Shown piece after piece: positions 1 through 13,695 of a stretch of DNA of 64,000 nt (its first letter is position 1; every line of letters begins with the position of its first letter). The stretch comes from Protoeuglena noctilucae. Lineage: Eukaryota. The stretch is from the NCBI GenBank assembly GCA_958009085.1, contig OY253683.1:868001-932000 (forward strand). Reading direction: 5' to 3'. Both the position numbers and the translations under genes were made by a program. The notes under the pieces were generated by a model that worked only from the letters and a program-made list of their open reading frames with translations, searched no databases and had not been told where the DNA came from.

Positions 1-3000
1 CCGGCCCAATCGTCACCCCATCACGCTTGCCCGCAGAGACCTGGGGATGGAGATGAACGGTGGAATGGCTGTCTGACTATATCAGATATGCTTAGAAATA
101 CATATGTAATGATATGCACCGTCCAGCCCACATCGCACACCCACTATAGTCTATACACCCACTTACCCCACTACACCCACCTACACACCCACTCCACACC
201 CACCACCCCCTTCATCACTACTCTCACATCCCCCATCACTACCCTCACCTTCCTCATCTCCTCCTTCCTCTGCTGCGCCCTCGTCCACCTCGCAAACGCC
301 TCCAATTCATCACACATCACACATCACACACATCCCATTCACTACTCTCTCTACTATTCTCACCTTCCTCATCTCCTCTTTCCTCTGCTGCGCCCTCGTC
401 CGCCTGGCAAACGCCTCCAGTTCGTCCGGCCGCACCATCAGCCCCGCTGCACTCCTCAGTATTTGTGCTTCCAGCTGCACCTCGGAAATGTGCTCTCGCA
501 AGGTCGTCAGCTCCCCCTGTGCCAACTCGATTTCTTGAAGGAACTCCTCGCGCAGTCGGTCAATCTGGGGGGGGGGTATGAGAAGGGGGGAGGGGGTGGG
601 GGTGGTGGGGTGAGTGGTAGCGCTGCAAGACATGCACACAATCCTATTGTCCACAAACATCAACCACTCTCGTTCCACTATCATTTCAAATCCCCCACCA
701 CCCATATCTCCTCACCTTCACGTCTTGAACGCCTCCCCTCCCACACACATACTGACCATGCCCAGTTTCACAACTACTTCTAATATTACCAGTATTGCGA
801 ATATTATTTGTCAATTTCCACTTCCAATCTCCTCACCTTGGCGTCCCCCTCCATCTTGAACGCCTCCCCGCACACCGCCCGCACCCCCATCTCCGCCACC
901 TGCCGCTCATACTTGTCCACCCGCACATTCCTCAACAACAAGAGCTGTTCGGCTAATTTACTCGCTTCCCCGGCCCCCAGCCCCAGCGCCTTGTCTCTGG
1001 CCGCAGCTTCCTCCCCCACCCGCACCGCCACCGCGTTAAACGCCCTTCTGGCGATCTCCTCTTGCATAGACACGCCCTTGTACTGCTGCAGCTCGATCTC
1101 CATGCGGCCGATCTGGGGGAGAGGGGGGGGCAAATGGGAGGGGTTGGTTTGTTAAGTGTTCGTGCTTCTTTAGTGGTTATCATTTTAATCACATGCCGCA
1201 TGCGACTCGATCTGGGGGGATAAAGGAGAAGGGGAACTGTTGTTTAGTGTTGATGATGATTCGAGCGACAAAGACGGCTGCAACTTTGGACCTATCCAGT
1301 GATGCATCTTATGTTGACATTATCATTAATCAAACATGTAGTACTACTTATCAACAACACCCACTCGCCTTCTCCTTGTGCTTTTCTAATTCTTGTATCA
1401 AATGCCGGTGGTCCGCCCGCGCCTGCTCCGTCAGCGCGCGCCTCTCCGCGTGCAGCTCCTGGATCTCCGAGGCACGGGCAGCCAGGTCCTTGTCGCGGGA
1501 CGCGAGCTCGTCTTGCAGGTCGCCGATGCGCCTGCGATAGGGAGATATGTGGAGGGATGGGGAGGGATGAGGGACGAGAATACCGCCAGTCGCATTAGAG
1601 CATGCAGTGGTGAGAGGGGGATGAGGGGCTGTTCCAGGCCACCAATGCCCGCCTTTCCTTTCCCACCCACCCATGCATCCAAACCTCACCCACTCCACCC
1701 TATGCACCCCGTCTCACCCCATCCCATCCCACTCACCCCACCTCACCCACCCCACCCCTCCCACCCCACCCATTCACCTCATCGCCAGCTTCAGTTTCTG
1801 CTCCTGCACGTCCTCCCCCCCCCCCAGCTTGGCCCGCAGCCTCTCCACTTCCGCTGCCATGCCCCGCCCCTGTGCCTCCGCGTGTGCGAGTGCGGCAAAG
1901 AACGGCACTCGGGTGTCTTTGGTGGGGGTCCAGCCAGCAGGGAGGGGCTCAGAGATGTCAGTGGCGGTGACGGTGCTGTGGGGGGTGGGGGAGGGGGGAG
2001 TGTGTGTTATATGGTGAGATGGTGCTTTGAGGTCAGGGAGAGAGGGGGGAGGGGGTCGGAGATGTCAGCGGCGGTGACGGTGCTGCGAGTAGCAGGGGGA
2101 GGGGGGTTGGTAAGGGAGGGGGGTGGATGAGAGAGGATGAGCGAGACGAGAGACGGTGGTGTAAGGAGACTGTATCAGCGAGGGTGCAGAGAGGGTGCTG
2201 CAGTGGGCAGGAACACAGAGGAGAGCACGGTTCAGGCAAATGAACCCTTTGATGCGGGCAGCTAAGAAGGATACCAGCTCTGTTACGACCCTCCCTTGTG
2301 CTCCGAACAACGCCACCCCGCCGAATGTCACCTGCCGACATATAAAGCGTTGTGCAGCTCGGCCATGATGCGCGACATGAGTCCCTGCAGCGCCCCGAAG
2401 GCCCCCGCGGACAGCAGCTCCCGCATCAAGCCCACGAAGCAAGCGAGGCGCTTGGCGGAGATCGACGCGGTGCCCGTCCCCGCGCCCGGCTCGCCCGCCG
2501 CGGCCAACGTCTCCTGAAGCATAATCTGCGGTGAGAGAGAAATATGCGGAGACTGTCGGGAATGCTGCAAACGCGCGGACGCGGCCGAGGGGGACGCGCG
2601 ACGCCGACAGGTGCGAGCGAAGAGGCCCGCGCCGACCGCGCTCGATGCGGCTCGCGGCGACAGATGGACCGTAGCTGCACGGCATTCGACAGATGGTAGA
2701 TACGGGAACGGACGGCCACTCCATCGCGGCGCGTGTTCGGGGGAGACCGCCAACGATGCGGCGACCTCCCGCGCGACGTGGTGCCGTGGAAGACAGGTGT
2801 TACATTGTCTTCGATCCAGAGTTCTGCCCATACCGCGATGCGCACCTCATATTGGACCGCGATGGAGCGCGCCGGCCCCTTGGCCTGCCGGACCGCGCCC
2901 GACATGCATGCCCCGGCCCCGCCGCGACGGCTGCCTCCCCGAGGGGCCCAGGGCGAACGCGGGCACGGTCGTCGCTATCCTCGGATTGCGACGCAATGGA

Positions 3001-3040
3001 ACGCGGCTGGAGTGCGGCAGAAGAAACGCTCTCAACACGC
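1..3040 (-). CDS. Multi-exon coiled-coil protein, function unknown (runs off the window start; 5' end approximate)
   Basis: Spliceable E/R/K/A-rich exons at about 364-564, 837-1112, 1369-1531, 1778-1975 and 2333-2514 (e.g. IDRLREEFLQEIELAQGELTTLREH, RRIGDLQDELASRDKDLAARASEIQ), bounded by GT/GC donors and AG acceptors. Confidence 0.65.
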
Positions 3041-3342
3041 ACGGACGATTGCTCGCTGGATAGAGAGGTGGCAGCGCGAAGGCTTCGTCACATGCATGCG
3101 CACAACAGAAGCTCCTTCATCTGGCTCGCTTCTCGCGGCGCTCGCTCCTTTCGCCAGCGAAGCCACAAGCTGTTCTTGCGCATCGCAAGACACAGCGCGT
3201 CTTACTGCCTGCTGCCGTGCATGGATGACCAGTCAGTCGTTCAAACAAGCCGTGAGGCGGGGCCTAGGAGGTCCTGCCCGGCGAGTTGACCCGGTCATGA
3301 GCGCAAAAGCGCATCGAGTGCTGGCGCATTAAGCGCGCAGCA

Positions 3343-5983
3343 TCAGTGGGGGCCGAAGCCGAGCAGGGCGATGCCCAGAATTCCGATCAAATAAGCAAAG
3401 AACATCTCAGCGCGCGCGCGGAAGGTGCGCGGGGGCCCGTAGTGGAGCTCCTCGCCGCAGCGCTCGCCGTCGTGGTCACAGTGCTCGCCCTCCAGCGCCG
3501 GGGAAGGGCGGCCGTGGTGGTGCGAACCGAACTGCAGAAAGGAACGACGGAATTGCAGCGATTGAGACGTCGCGCGGGCCCCGGCGCGGGCTCGTCGGCG
3601 CGATAACAAGCCGCTTTCAGCTTCATCGCCCATTTCCGCCCCAACCCGGGCCCCGCTGCGCTCTCACCTCGCGCGCAAGGATCTCAAACGCGCCTACGTA
3701 GATGAATGTGCCGCAGGAGAGGCCCTGCATGACGGCCGTGAGGGCCGCGGACTTGCCGGTGAGGGCCATGCCGATGAAAATGGCGACGGGGGAGGAGAGG
3801 ACGAACGGGAGCATCCACCAGGCCGTCTCGAAGCGAGAGGTGCCGTCCATGAGGAAGCGGGAGGCCTGCGGAGTCGAGCGGGATGGAAACGTGTCACGCA
3901 GAGGGCTGGGTCGGGCGTGCGAGGTGCAAGGTGCGAGAAGCAACGCTGTAAGCGGGCACGCCTATCCACCCGCGTCTCTCGCTCACCAGGGAGATGGAGG
4001 CGAAGGCCTTGTGCCCCGCGACGCCGACGAAAGTAGTCAAAGCGTCGGCGGTGGTGTTGGCAAACCCGATGGCGAGGCCGTCGCCGATGAGGGAGTGCAC
4101 GAGGATGGCGCAGAGGATGGCGATGCTGCCCGTCTTCATCGCGGCGCGCTCCATGAAGTCGTTCATGCGCGCGTGCTCTGTGTTGGGGAAAGGGAGATGT
4201 GTAAGATGTTGAGAGATGCCAGGAGGAGGATCGTGAGACGTGGCGTGATTGCGACTGTTACACACGCACACACGCCCCGGTGCGCGATAGGTTTGACAAG
4301 CGAGACGTATGCAGAGATTAACCGCCAGTTACAAAACCCTCCCTACAAGCACTGCCCCACCCCCTCACCCTTCTGCGCCTCGACGTCTGCCGACGCCGCG
4401 GGCCCCGGGAAGGTGGCGCGGATGGCCGTGACGTTGCAATTCACGTCCTGGTGCTGGAAAATGATGCCTGCAGAAGCGGGAGAGAGGCATTGATGAGCAT
4501 ATGATGCTGGTGACAGTACCGAGTGACGCTAGCAGTCCTTTGACATGTGCGACCATCTATGATGCAAAGATGACACATAAAGAGAGCAACACCGCGACTC
4601 ACGGTCGACGAAGAAGACGATAAGGAAGCCAACCGTGGCCATGACGGGCGCCAGAGGGTACTGGGCCTTGAGGGTGAGGGAGTCCTGGGCGTCGATGGCG
4701 TCCATGAGCACGTGGGTGAGGCCCACGGCCAGGAAGACACCGCCGCTGGGGGGGAGGGGGTGGGGGTGAGGGTGAGGGTGGCTGAGAGGGTGGCAGCGGG
4801 GGTGGCGATAAGGGTGGCAGTGGGGGCGGTGTGATGGGTGGCAGTGGGGGTGTTGACGGTGGCAGTGAGGGTGGCAGGGGCGGGAGTGGCAGTAAGGGAG
4901 GCAGCGGGGGTGGGGGTGAGGGTGTCAGTCAAGGTACGTCTGCATGTGCCAACCCACACCCCACCCACCTGAAAATGTTGAGGAGGGTGAGGGCGCGGTT
5001 AGCCCTTCGCCCGAGGAAGACCGTGCCGAAGACGGGGATGCAGACGCCGACGACGGCCTCCGCGAGCATCGCGAACGCCAGGCCGACCTTGAGGTTGCGA
5101 GAAGCCTCGCTCCCGTGCGACCGGAGGCGCCGGGCGGGCGCGGCGAGCTCGGCGAGGGCGGACGCGTCATCGGCACCGGCGTCCGCCGCCTGGCTAGACT
5201 GCTCCGTCAGGTGCGAGCAGTCGAGCGCTTGCGTCTGCGAGCGGGACAAGTGGAGCAAGACAGTGGACGGTGGTGTTGGCTTTGCGGCGCAGTCGCTCTC
5301 GTTGCTTCGTCAATCGCTCTCGTTGTTTTTGGCAGTCGGGGGTAGATGAGAGTCGCAAAGCATTGGCATCTGCATGCGTGGACCAATGGCATCAGCTAGG
5401 GCCTCACCTGTGGGTTTGGCAGTGGGAGGGCGTCGGTGGGCACGAGAGGGCCGTCCATGGCGAGAGCGGGGTCTGCGGGCGAGGGCGGGCGCTTTATATG
5501 AGCGAAAATAACCGAGAATCTGTGCGTAACGGGGCGCGGCGGGGCGGCGCGGGCGCACCTCCGCGGGTGGCGAGGGCGCTGCCGTGCGTCAAGGCCATCG
5601 GGGCCGCCATCGCGCTCGGCAGGAGCAGGAGGAACATGCCGAGCACGAGGACGCCCATGGAAGGGAGGACGAGTAGGGAGCGGACGGAGCGGGGCACGGC
5701 GCGCTTCTCCGTCGGGGCCGTGCACTGGCGGCAGCGGCCGCACATGCGCGACGAGCACGGGCGCGTGATGCTCTCGCGGGCGGCCCTGGGAGAACGGGGA
5801 ATGATACGAAGTTGACAGATGGGAGCGCGGCGCGTGCGCCGAGGGGCGCATCCGGGGGCCACGGATGGGAAAGCACAGTACGACGAGCCATGACTCACTT
5901 GAGCTGCGCCTGGACGCGGGCCATGGCATTCACGGGCATGCCCTCGCACGCGCAGTGCTGGTGGCGCGCGGCGGAGGAGCACA
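3343..5983 (-). CDS. ZIP (SLC39) family zinc/iron transporter, multi-exon (start approximate)
   Basis: Exon motifs LTLLNIF/GVFLAVGLTHVLMDA, YPLAPVMATVGF, ILVHSLIGDGLAIG, GHKAFASISL, QGLSCGTFIYVGAFEILARE. TGA at 3343-3345. Confidence 0.9.
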
Positions 5984-6754
5984 TCGCGGCTGCGGGGGAG
6001 GAGGGGGTGGGAGGCGGGCGTGGGTGGAGGAGGGAAAGCGTGGGGGGGTTCCAGGGGCTGCCGTCAGCCCTACGGACGCGAGCACGACCTTTTGCGTGTA
6101 AAAGCAATGCTGTGGACCAAACCGCGGGCGGCGTGGGGCCAGAGAGGGGTCAGAAAAGCTGCTCGGAGGTTTGTGCTCAGCGGTGGAGGCGGAGCCCCCC
6201 GCGGAGAGGCCCCGCAGAGCACCACCACATGGCTATTGGAAAAATAAAGCTCTGCGCCCGACATCAGGCGCGGAGGGCCTCGGCATTTGACGGTGGCGCG
6301 AGCCATCGTGGGAGGGCCGCTCCCGCAGCGCCTGGTCGCGGACGGCCCAATACAAAGGTCGCGATGTCATCTTTCTGTTCCGCATGATGCCGAGAAAGCG
6401 GCTCTATCACGATGCGTGGACGGGCCGAGCGGGAGGCCGGGGGCGGCAGCAAACGTTTCCGCAAAAGGGGCGCAAACCGGCCCGGCGTCGCTTGCTTTCA
6501 GACCAAGGACTGCCGGGCGGGAGCCGACGGCTCAGAGGGTGCGTGGGAAGCCGAGGAGGCGGGGAGGAGCGCGAAGGGCTGGTCAGCTCACCGAGTTGGC
6601 ACACGTCCTCCTCGCTGTTCGCGACTAGCAAGTAGAGGAAGCGTTTTCAACAGCGAGGGTGGAACAGCCAGGCTAAGTTTGGTCACCGCCCAAGCGATGC
6701 CCTACGTCAGATCGCGCAAGAGCCGAGCCGCTCGGAACACGTGCGTGCAGGCCA

Positions 6755-9440
6755 TCAGCCCAGCACCCCCGTGCGCGTCCCCGCGCCCACGCGACCCGTG
6801 TTCCGGAACTCCTGGACCCGCGCGATGAGGTCCTTGTTGATGCGCTTCTCGTCCTCCGTCATGAGCACCACCTGGCGCAGCTTCGCGTTGGCCTTCATCT
6901 GCTCGTTCAGCTCCCGGCGCAGATCCTGTGAGACACGCGCGGCGAGAGCGTCCCGAGCTGCACCCACGCTGCGCGCGCCGCAGCCCATTCATATAGTGTG
7001 CATAAGAACCACTGCTTGGCCTCTCCGATCCCCTTATCACCTGCTGCTTCCTCTTCTCTGCCTCCCTGACCCTCTCCCGCTCCTTTTTGGCTTCCTCCGC
7101 CTCCGCCTCGAGCCGTTTCCCGTACGCCCGCCCCTCGGCCTCCCTCGCCTCCTTCGCCGCCCGCTTCTCCTCCAACTGACGGTCCAGCTCCCGGCGGAGG
7201 TCCTCGCGGCCTTTCGCCTGAGAGGGCAGAGCAAGCGTTGTAAACGATAGAAACGATTGCGAGCCCAGCAATGTGATGCAGCCGACCGTGCCACCCAGAC
7301 ACGACACCTGTGCTCACCCGCACCAGCGCGAGCCCACGCCACCCATCTGCACCCATGCCACCCTCCTCAGCACCCACCCCAACCCCCACCCCTCACCCAC
7401 ACCCACGCCACCACCCCCCACCACTCCCCAACTACCATCCCCTCACCAACGCCTGCTTCCTCCTCTCGTCCTCCGCCCTGTCCTGCTCCTCCCTCTCCTT
7501 CAGATACCGCTCCTGCACTTCGGCGCTCAGCCACTCGCGCCCCGCCGGCAAGTCCCTGGCACGCGCCTCCACCCGCGCCTGCCACTCGCGTGCCTTGGCC
7601 AGCCTCTCCTCTCTCGCTTTCTGCTGCCGATCCATCAAAGCCTCTTGCTCCCGCATGTACGCGATCTCGTCCTCCACCTGCCGCCGGCGCTCGTCTGCGC
7701 GGAGTCGGAGCGTCACCGCGTTCTGCTCCGCCACCTCCGCCAGGCGCTCCCTGGGGAGAGGGAGAGGGGCGGGGAATGGGCGAAACGATGGGTGGGAGGA
7801 TGAGAGATCGTCAGTGGGTGGGTGACGGCAGAGCGAGGTAAGCAGTGGCATGCTGACCGCGCAGGTCTGCCCTCATCATGCACCTCTCCCTGCATCCATC
7901 TACCACCCACCCCACCCCCCCTTCACACACACCTGGCATCTTGCTTCCTCTGCATCTCCTTGGCCCTCTCGGCGCGGTACTCCTTAGCCATCGACGCCAG
8001 CAGCCCCTTCTCCTCCTCCAGCTGCATCCCGCGGATGGCCGCACGCAACGCACGCGTCTCCTCTACTTGTGCTTCCCGCTGGTGGCGGAGGAGCTCAGCG
8101 GCCTCGGCGCGCTCGCGCTTGCGGGCCTCTTGCTCCGACTCCCAGGCCCTGGGGGGAGGGGAGGGGGGTGGGGTGGGGTTGGGGTTGGTTGGTTGTTGCA
8201 AGCGGGGGCAGTCGCAGTTGCAAGCAGGGGCGAGGTCGGTGGTAGCCAAGGTGACATGAGGGCAGTGGCTGACGCTGGCAGGGGCAGTCGCAATCACTTG
8301 CATCCTCCATCTCTACCTCGAACACATGCACGCACATGCACACACACGCACACCCACACACACCCAATCACTTCACGTCCCTCATCTCCATCTCGAAGCA
8401 AGCACACACACACACCCCAACAAGTACACCCTGACTCTGTACTCACTTGACATCCTTCATCTCCATCTCGAAGTACTTCTTCGCCTCCTCCTCCTCGGCC
8501 GCCATCCTCGCCTCCCTCTCCGCCACCTGCCGCGCCAACGCGACCCGCGTGGCCTCCCTCTCCCGCAGCAGCCGCTCCTGGCGCTGCCGCTCTTCTTCCT
8601 CCGCCACGCGCTGGTTGTACGCGGCCAGGCGAGCCCACTCGTCCTTCTCCACCACCTGAATGGGGGATGGGTATGAGAGTGGGTGGGTGGGTGTGAGGCG
8701 AGAGTGGGGTCAGCTGTTGGTGCTAGAGGGGGAGGGACAGGGGCGACGGCAGTAACAGCCCACTCGTCCCTCTCCACCAGTAACAGGGTGCACGCATCCC
8801 ACCTCTCACCTGTTGGCGCTGGAGGGAGAGGGAGAGGGGCGGGGGCGTCTTGCCCGACAGCGCGGACCGTATGCGCTCCTCCAGGATGCTCAGGTGGCCC
8901 TCGTGGATGGGGCCCGACGTGCGCATCAGGTCGTGCACCTCGCGCGCGATGATCTCCTGCGCGCGCACGTCGTCCGCCTGGCCCTGCGGGGACGTCCAGG
9001 GTTGTCTAGAAGTGACGTCCAAGCAAGTCATCGGACCTAGCCATAAGTGCAGTGCAATCGGGGAGTCACAAGCGACTCGCCTGAAACTTCTCGCGCATCT
9101 TCTTGATCAGCGTCGCGATGAGGACGTTGAGGGGGTCGGCATTTGCACCCTGGGCAGAGGGTGAAGAGACTGTGCCTGCTTTATGCTTGCATTTGCTAAT
9201 TATCGGGTGGGCCCGGAAGCATGGCAAAAGCATGAATGCATGCGTCTTCGAGTGTCGCACATCGATGCGAGGCAGCTGGGAGCAACACTGCGGGGCTCAC
9301 CGAGGAAGGGGGCTTGCCGGAGCGGGACGGGCGGGCCGCAGCCGTGGGGGGCTTGGAGCCGCTCACTCCCAGGCCGGGCGCGGCCCCGGCGTCGGCAGTC
9401 ACCATATCTGCGCGTGTGCTGCGAGGAGGGCGCGGCACGG
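6755..9440 (-). CDS. Trichohyalin-plectin-homology-like coiled-coil protein, probably ciliary, multi-exon (5' end approximate)
   Basis: E/R/Q-rich exons (DEWARLAAYNQRVAEEEERQ, EDLRRELDRQLEEKR) and a C-terminal LMTEDEKRINKDLI. TGA at 6755-6757. Confidence 0.7.
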
Positions 9441-10454
9441 GGCTGTCCGCGGCCGGACGGGGGGCGGGCAGGCGTGCGCCTGTGCGTGCATCCCCGCGCG
9501 AGCTCCGTCTCGGGTCAACGGTCCACGGCAACGTATTGGACGTCAACACACAGCGGATGCATCAGCAGACGGTGTGCGTGGCCGCTTCTGCAAGCGCCGG
9601 TCGGGTCGTTGGCACGCCGCCCTGCATGTGCTCGCTGCGCGCGCTCACCCGTGCGTCGTGGGGGAAGAGGGGTGAGGCGTGTGGTATGAAAATTATACCG
9701 GGTAACGACACGGCCAGAAACCTGCGGAGAAGGGTCGCGGCGCGGCCAGGGTGGGCGCGCGATGCCGGGCATGCGTGCGCAGAAGACCCCGTCCATAGGA
9801 TGCGCGCGGAATGCGCCGACACGCACAGCAGTATATCACTTCACATCCCAATGTACCAGCCGCTGTGTACTAGGCACCTGGGCCTGCGGGCGAGGCAGTT
9901 CAGCAGCGCAGAGGGCTGGTCCCGCGCGCACAACACCGCGGCGCGCTCAGGTCGACAGCAGCGCGATGCCTTGTTACTGGATGTCTGCGAACCGTCGGCA
10001 AAGGGTCTCGAAGGGCCGACCATGGCGGTGAAACAGGTGACCTGCATGTTGCGCCACCAGAAACTGGAATGGGACAAGCACAGGAGAGTCTGGAGACACG
10101 AGCGCGTGTTTTGCATTCTCGGCAGCTGGCGACGGCGTGCTCTTTAGTCCCTCGCTAGCACATCCATCAGAATTGCTCGGCCCTGCATCATTCGCGACCC
10201 CAATCCCTCACCTGACCTCGCGTCTCTCTGCACAGAACCCTTGCAAGGGTATCTCTCGCACGGCTGGAGGATGTGGGGCGTGGGCAACCCGGAGCATCGC
10301 ACAGCGCCCGCCCCGGAGGTGGACGCCAAAGGGCGGACGGTGTGGAAGGCGAGCGACGCTGCGAGGACACGTGCCGCATAGCTGCATAAGTCCTGCGCCC
10401 GCCTGTGTCACTGCGCGCCCGCGCCGGGGACGAGATGCCGCCCCGCACGCGCAC

Positions 10455-13400
10455 ATGTCGCCTGCCGGGCGCGTAGATGCGCGCGCGCCCCGCCTCCGTC
10501 GCCCCGCGTCGCCCCCGTCGCTTTTTACGAATGTACGTTGTAAGCTTGCCTCCTCTGTAAACACCCTAGCGCACCTAGCGCGCTCCCTCCGCGCATTGTG
10601 TGCCTCCCCATCCATCCCGGCCCTGCGCGCGCTCCTCGCAGGTCGAGTTCCCCACGGAGCGCCACGACAGGAGCTTCCAATCGACGATGCAAGTGCTTAT
10701 GGGCCACGAGTCCCGCGCCAACCCCGCCCCGCTCCCCGTCCACGCCATCACCCGCGCCTTTGAGCGAGGGGGCGCGCCCAAGGCGAGCGGAGCGACTCAT
10801 CGACGATTTCCATCGCTTCATAATTACTCAGACATTAACATCCGCACATCAGCATCGAGTCCCGAGGCGCAGTCACTCTAAGTGCGGCCGACACACGATG
10901 CGCGCCCTTCGCCCACGCCACACCAAACCATGCTCATCTGCCCGCAGCTGGTGCGGCAGCTGGGCGACCCGGACCCCGAGATCCGTCGGCGCGCGAACGA
11001 GGCCGCGGCGGAGTTTCTGGAGACTCCCCTGGGCCGTGCCGGGTGCCTGGAGGCGGGGGTGGTGGAGGCGCTGGTGGGGCTGCTGGGGGAAGACGACGCC
11101 CGCGTGCGGTGAGAGCAGCAACAACGCAGTAGATGAGACGAGGGTGAAGTTGATAGAACCTTGCTGAGAGGAAAAGGGGTGAGGAGGTGCTCTGGGTGTG
11201 CAAGACGGGTGGGTGAGCTGGGCTGGTGCGGTGGTCAGTGACAGCGGTGCACCCGCCATGTGCCCAGCCATGCACCTCGCCCTTAGAGCACCCAAATGAT
11301 AGATAAATACCTCACCTCGTGATTTACAATGCTCTTTCCAGTTGCCAATCTACCCCCCCGTCGCTCTCTCCCCCGCAGTTCCCGTGCGTGCACCAACCTC
11401 GCATTGGTCGCCAAGACCCAGGCAGGGGCGGCGGCGTGCGCGGCGGGGTCCGGTCGCTTCTCAGCGGTGGCGGCGCTGGTCGGGCGCTTCGAGGATTCCG
11501 ACGAGGGAGTGCACCGCGCAGCCCTGCGGGCGCTGGGCGTCGCGTGTATCGCCCAGGAGTGCGCCGAGTGTGTCGTGTCCCTACGCACGGTGAGGGGGTT
11601 ACTTCGACTGAGTCGGTAAGCTCGCAATTCCGTATACTTAGTAGTAATCTGTCTTTGTCACTGGACTAACGACAGCGACGGCGGTCACGACACAGCTGCG
11701 TCCACTCCTTCACCACTCCCCCTTATGTCCTATGTTCGATCTTTCCATAAACACAAGTGTTCTTTCTCTTCCCTCGCTCCCATCGCCTCACCTGTTACCC
11801 CACTCCCCCAAACCCCCCACGCCAGGTCATCCCCACGCTGCTCCACTCCCTCTCCACCCCGGGCCCCGTCGACCTCCAGACCCTCCAATACAACGTCCTG
11901 CGCGCATGCTTAACTTCTCGTCACAACACCGACGCGCTGGCTCAGTGCCTGGACCGACCAGGGGCCGACGGTGTTGATGTTTGCACGTCCACGCTATCGC
12001 GACACTGCACGGGGCTCACGCCCCCCACGGCGGCGCTGGCGGAGGCGGCGGCGGGCACTCTCGCGGCGCTGTGCGCGCGACTGGACGCCAAGGGACGCGC
12101 GGTGGCGGCCAGTGCCGTGCCGCTGATAGTACGGTGCATGGGGGCTGCGGACCTCCCGCTGCGTTTGGCAGCCACGAGGGCCGCCTGCGCTGTGTTGGCG
12201 TGTACGGAGGGCAAGCAGGCGTTCGCGGAGTGCAACGGCACGCTGCCCCTCCAGAGCATGCTGTTCGTCCGGCATGACCCGCTGTTGCTCGTGGCGCTCA
12301 AGTGAGTGGATGAGGGGGTAGTGGGGGTGTGGGTGGAGGGGAGTGGGGAGTGGCTGGGGGAATTGGGAAGGGTTGGGAATCTGGATAGGTGTGCGAGGGG
12401 ATTGCTGTTGTGTATAGATATCGATTGGTTATCATCGCTACCACCACCACTCCCCACCACCCACCATTACTCCCCACCACCATAACTACCCATCACCACC
12501 CAACAGTCACCACCATTCGCCTCCCACCCCCCCAGCTGCGCGTGCCTGGCGTCCGAGGAGCCCTCGTGCCGCAAGGTGCTGCGTCGGTTCAAGATGCAAG
12601 TGCAGCAGATACGCGCGATGACCAAGGACGTGGATGTGGAGAGGGCGGCGGACGAGTGCTTGAGGTGAGAGGGGGGATAGGTAGCGGTGGTGGATCTATC
12701 TCATCTCTCTCATTCCTCTGTGCAGGCAGTTCGACTTCTCCACTCCACCCACTCACCCCATCCCATCTCACTTAACATGTCATCCCATCCCACGTATCAT
12801 ATCATATCATATCCCTTATCTCCCCACGCAGGCAATTCGACTTCTCCACGCGGCCCTTCGACCTCAAGGCCGGGTACCGCCCCGCCGTGGCAGAGCACGA
12901 TGTGGACCGGGTGCTGCAACGTGCTGAGGAGCCCGTGCTCCGGTGGTACAGGGATCACGTGGAGGCTGAGGACAAAGCACGAAAGGAGAGGGTGGAGAAA
13001 GAGAGGGCGGAGTTGGAGGCGGTGGTGGGGGAGAGGTTGAGGGAGAGGGGGGAGGCGAAGTTAAGGGCAAGGCTTGAGGGGGGGGGTGGGGGTGGTGATG
13101 AGGGTGTGGGGAGTGATGAGGGCATGAAGGGTGGGGAGGGTGTGGGGAGTGATGAGGGGAAGGGGGAGGGTGGCGATGCTGCGGGTGGGGATGGGGGTGA
13201 GGGTGGGGAGGGGGCGGGTGGGGATGGGGGTGTGGTAGATGCGAAGGGTGGGGAGGGGGGTGAGGGAGAGGGGGTGACGGGCGATGAGGGGGCGAAGGGT
13301 GGGGAGGGTGCTGCTATGGAGGGAGAGGGTGAGGTGAAGGGGAGCGAGGGGGTGGAGGGCGATGGGGGGAATGTGGAGGTGACGGGAGGGGATGCGGCTG

Positions 13401-13471
13401 GTAGTAATGAAGAGGGTGGGACGGGCAGCGCTGAGGCGGAGGCGGGGGCGGCGGGGGGGGCGAGCAAGTAG
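10455..13471 (+). CDS. Armadillo-repeat protein (radial spoke RSPH14/RSP8-like) with Gly/Glu-rich tail, multi-exon (start approximate)
   Basis: ARM-like exons LVRQLGDPDPEIRRRANEAA, GVVEALVGLLGEDDARVR, ALVGRFEDSDEGVHRAALRAL, AVAASAVPLIVRCM. Apparent TAG at 13469-13471. Confidence 0.7.
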
Positions 13472-13695
13472 GGAGCTGAAGGAGCGGGGTAGTTATGGTG
13501 GGTGTCATTTGCTGTTGCTTTTTAATAAAAAAACAGTGCGGTTTAATGTTAACATATTGGGTTTGAAACACTGCTTTCATCGCTTTGCGTCTTGTGACCG
13601 TCTCTGGCCCTTTCAAACAACAAGGCATGGCACACGCATTCACCCTTAACACCCCCTCACTTCGTTTTCTACATCTCCCCATCTCCCCCACCCCT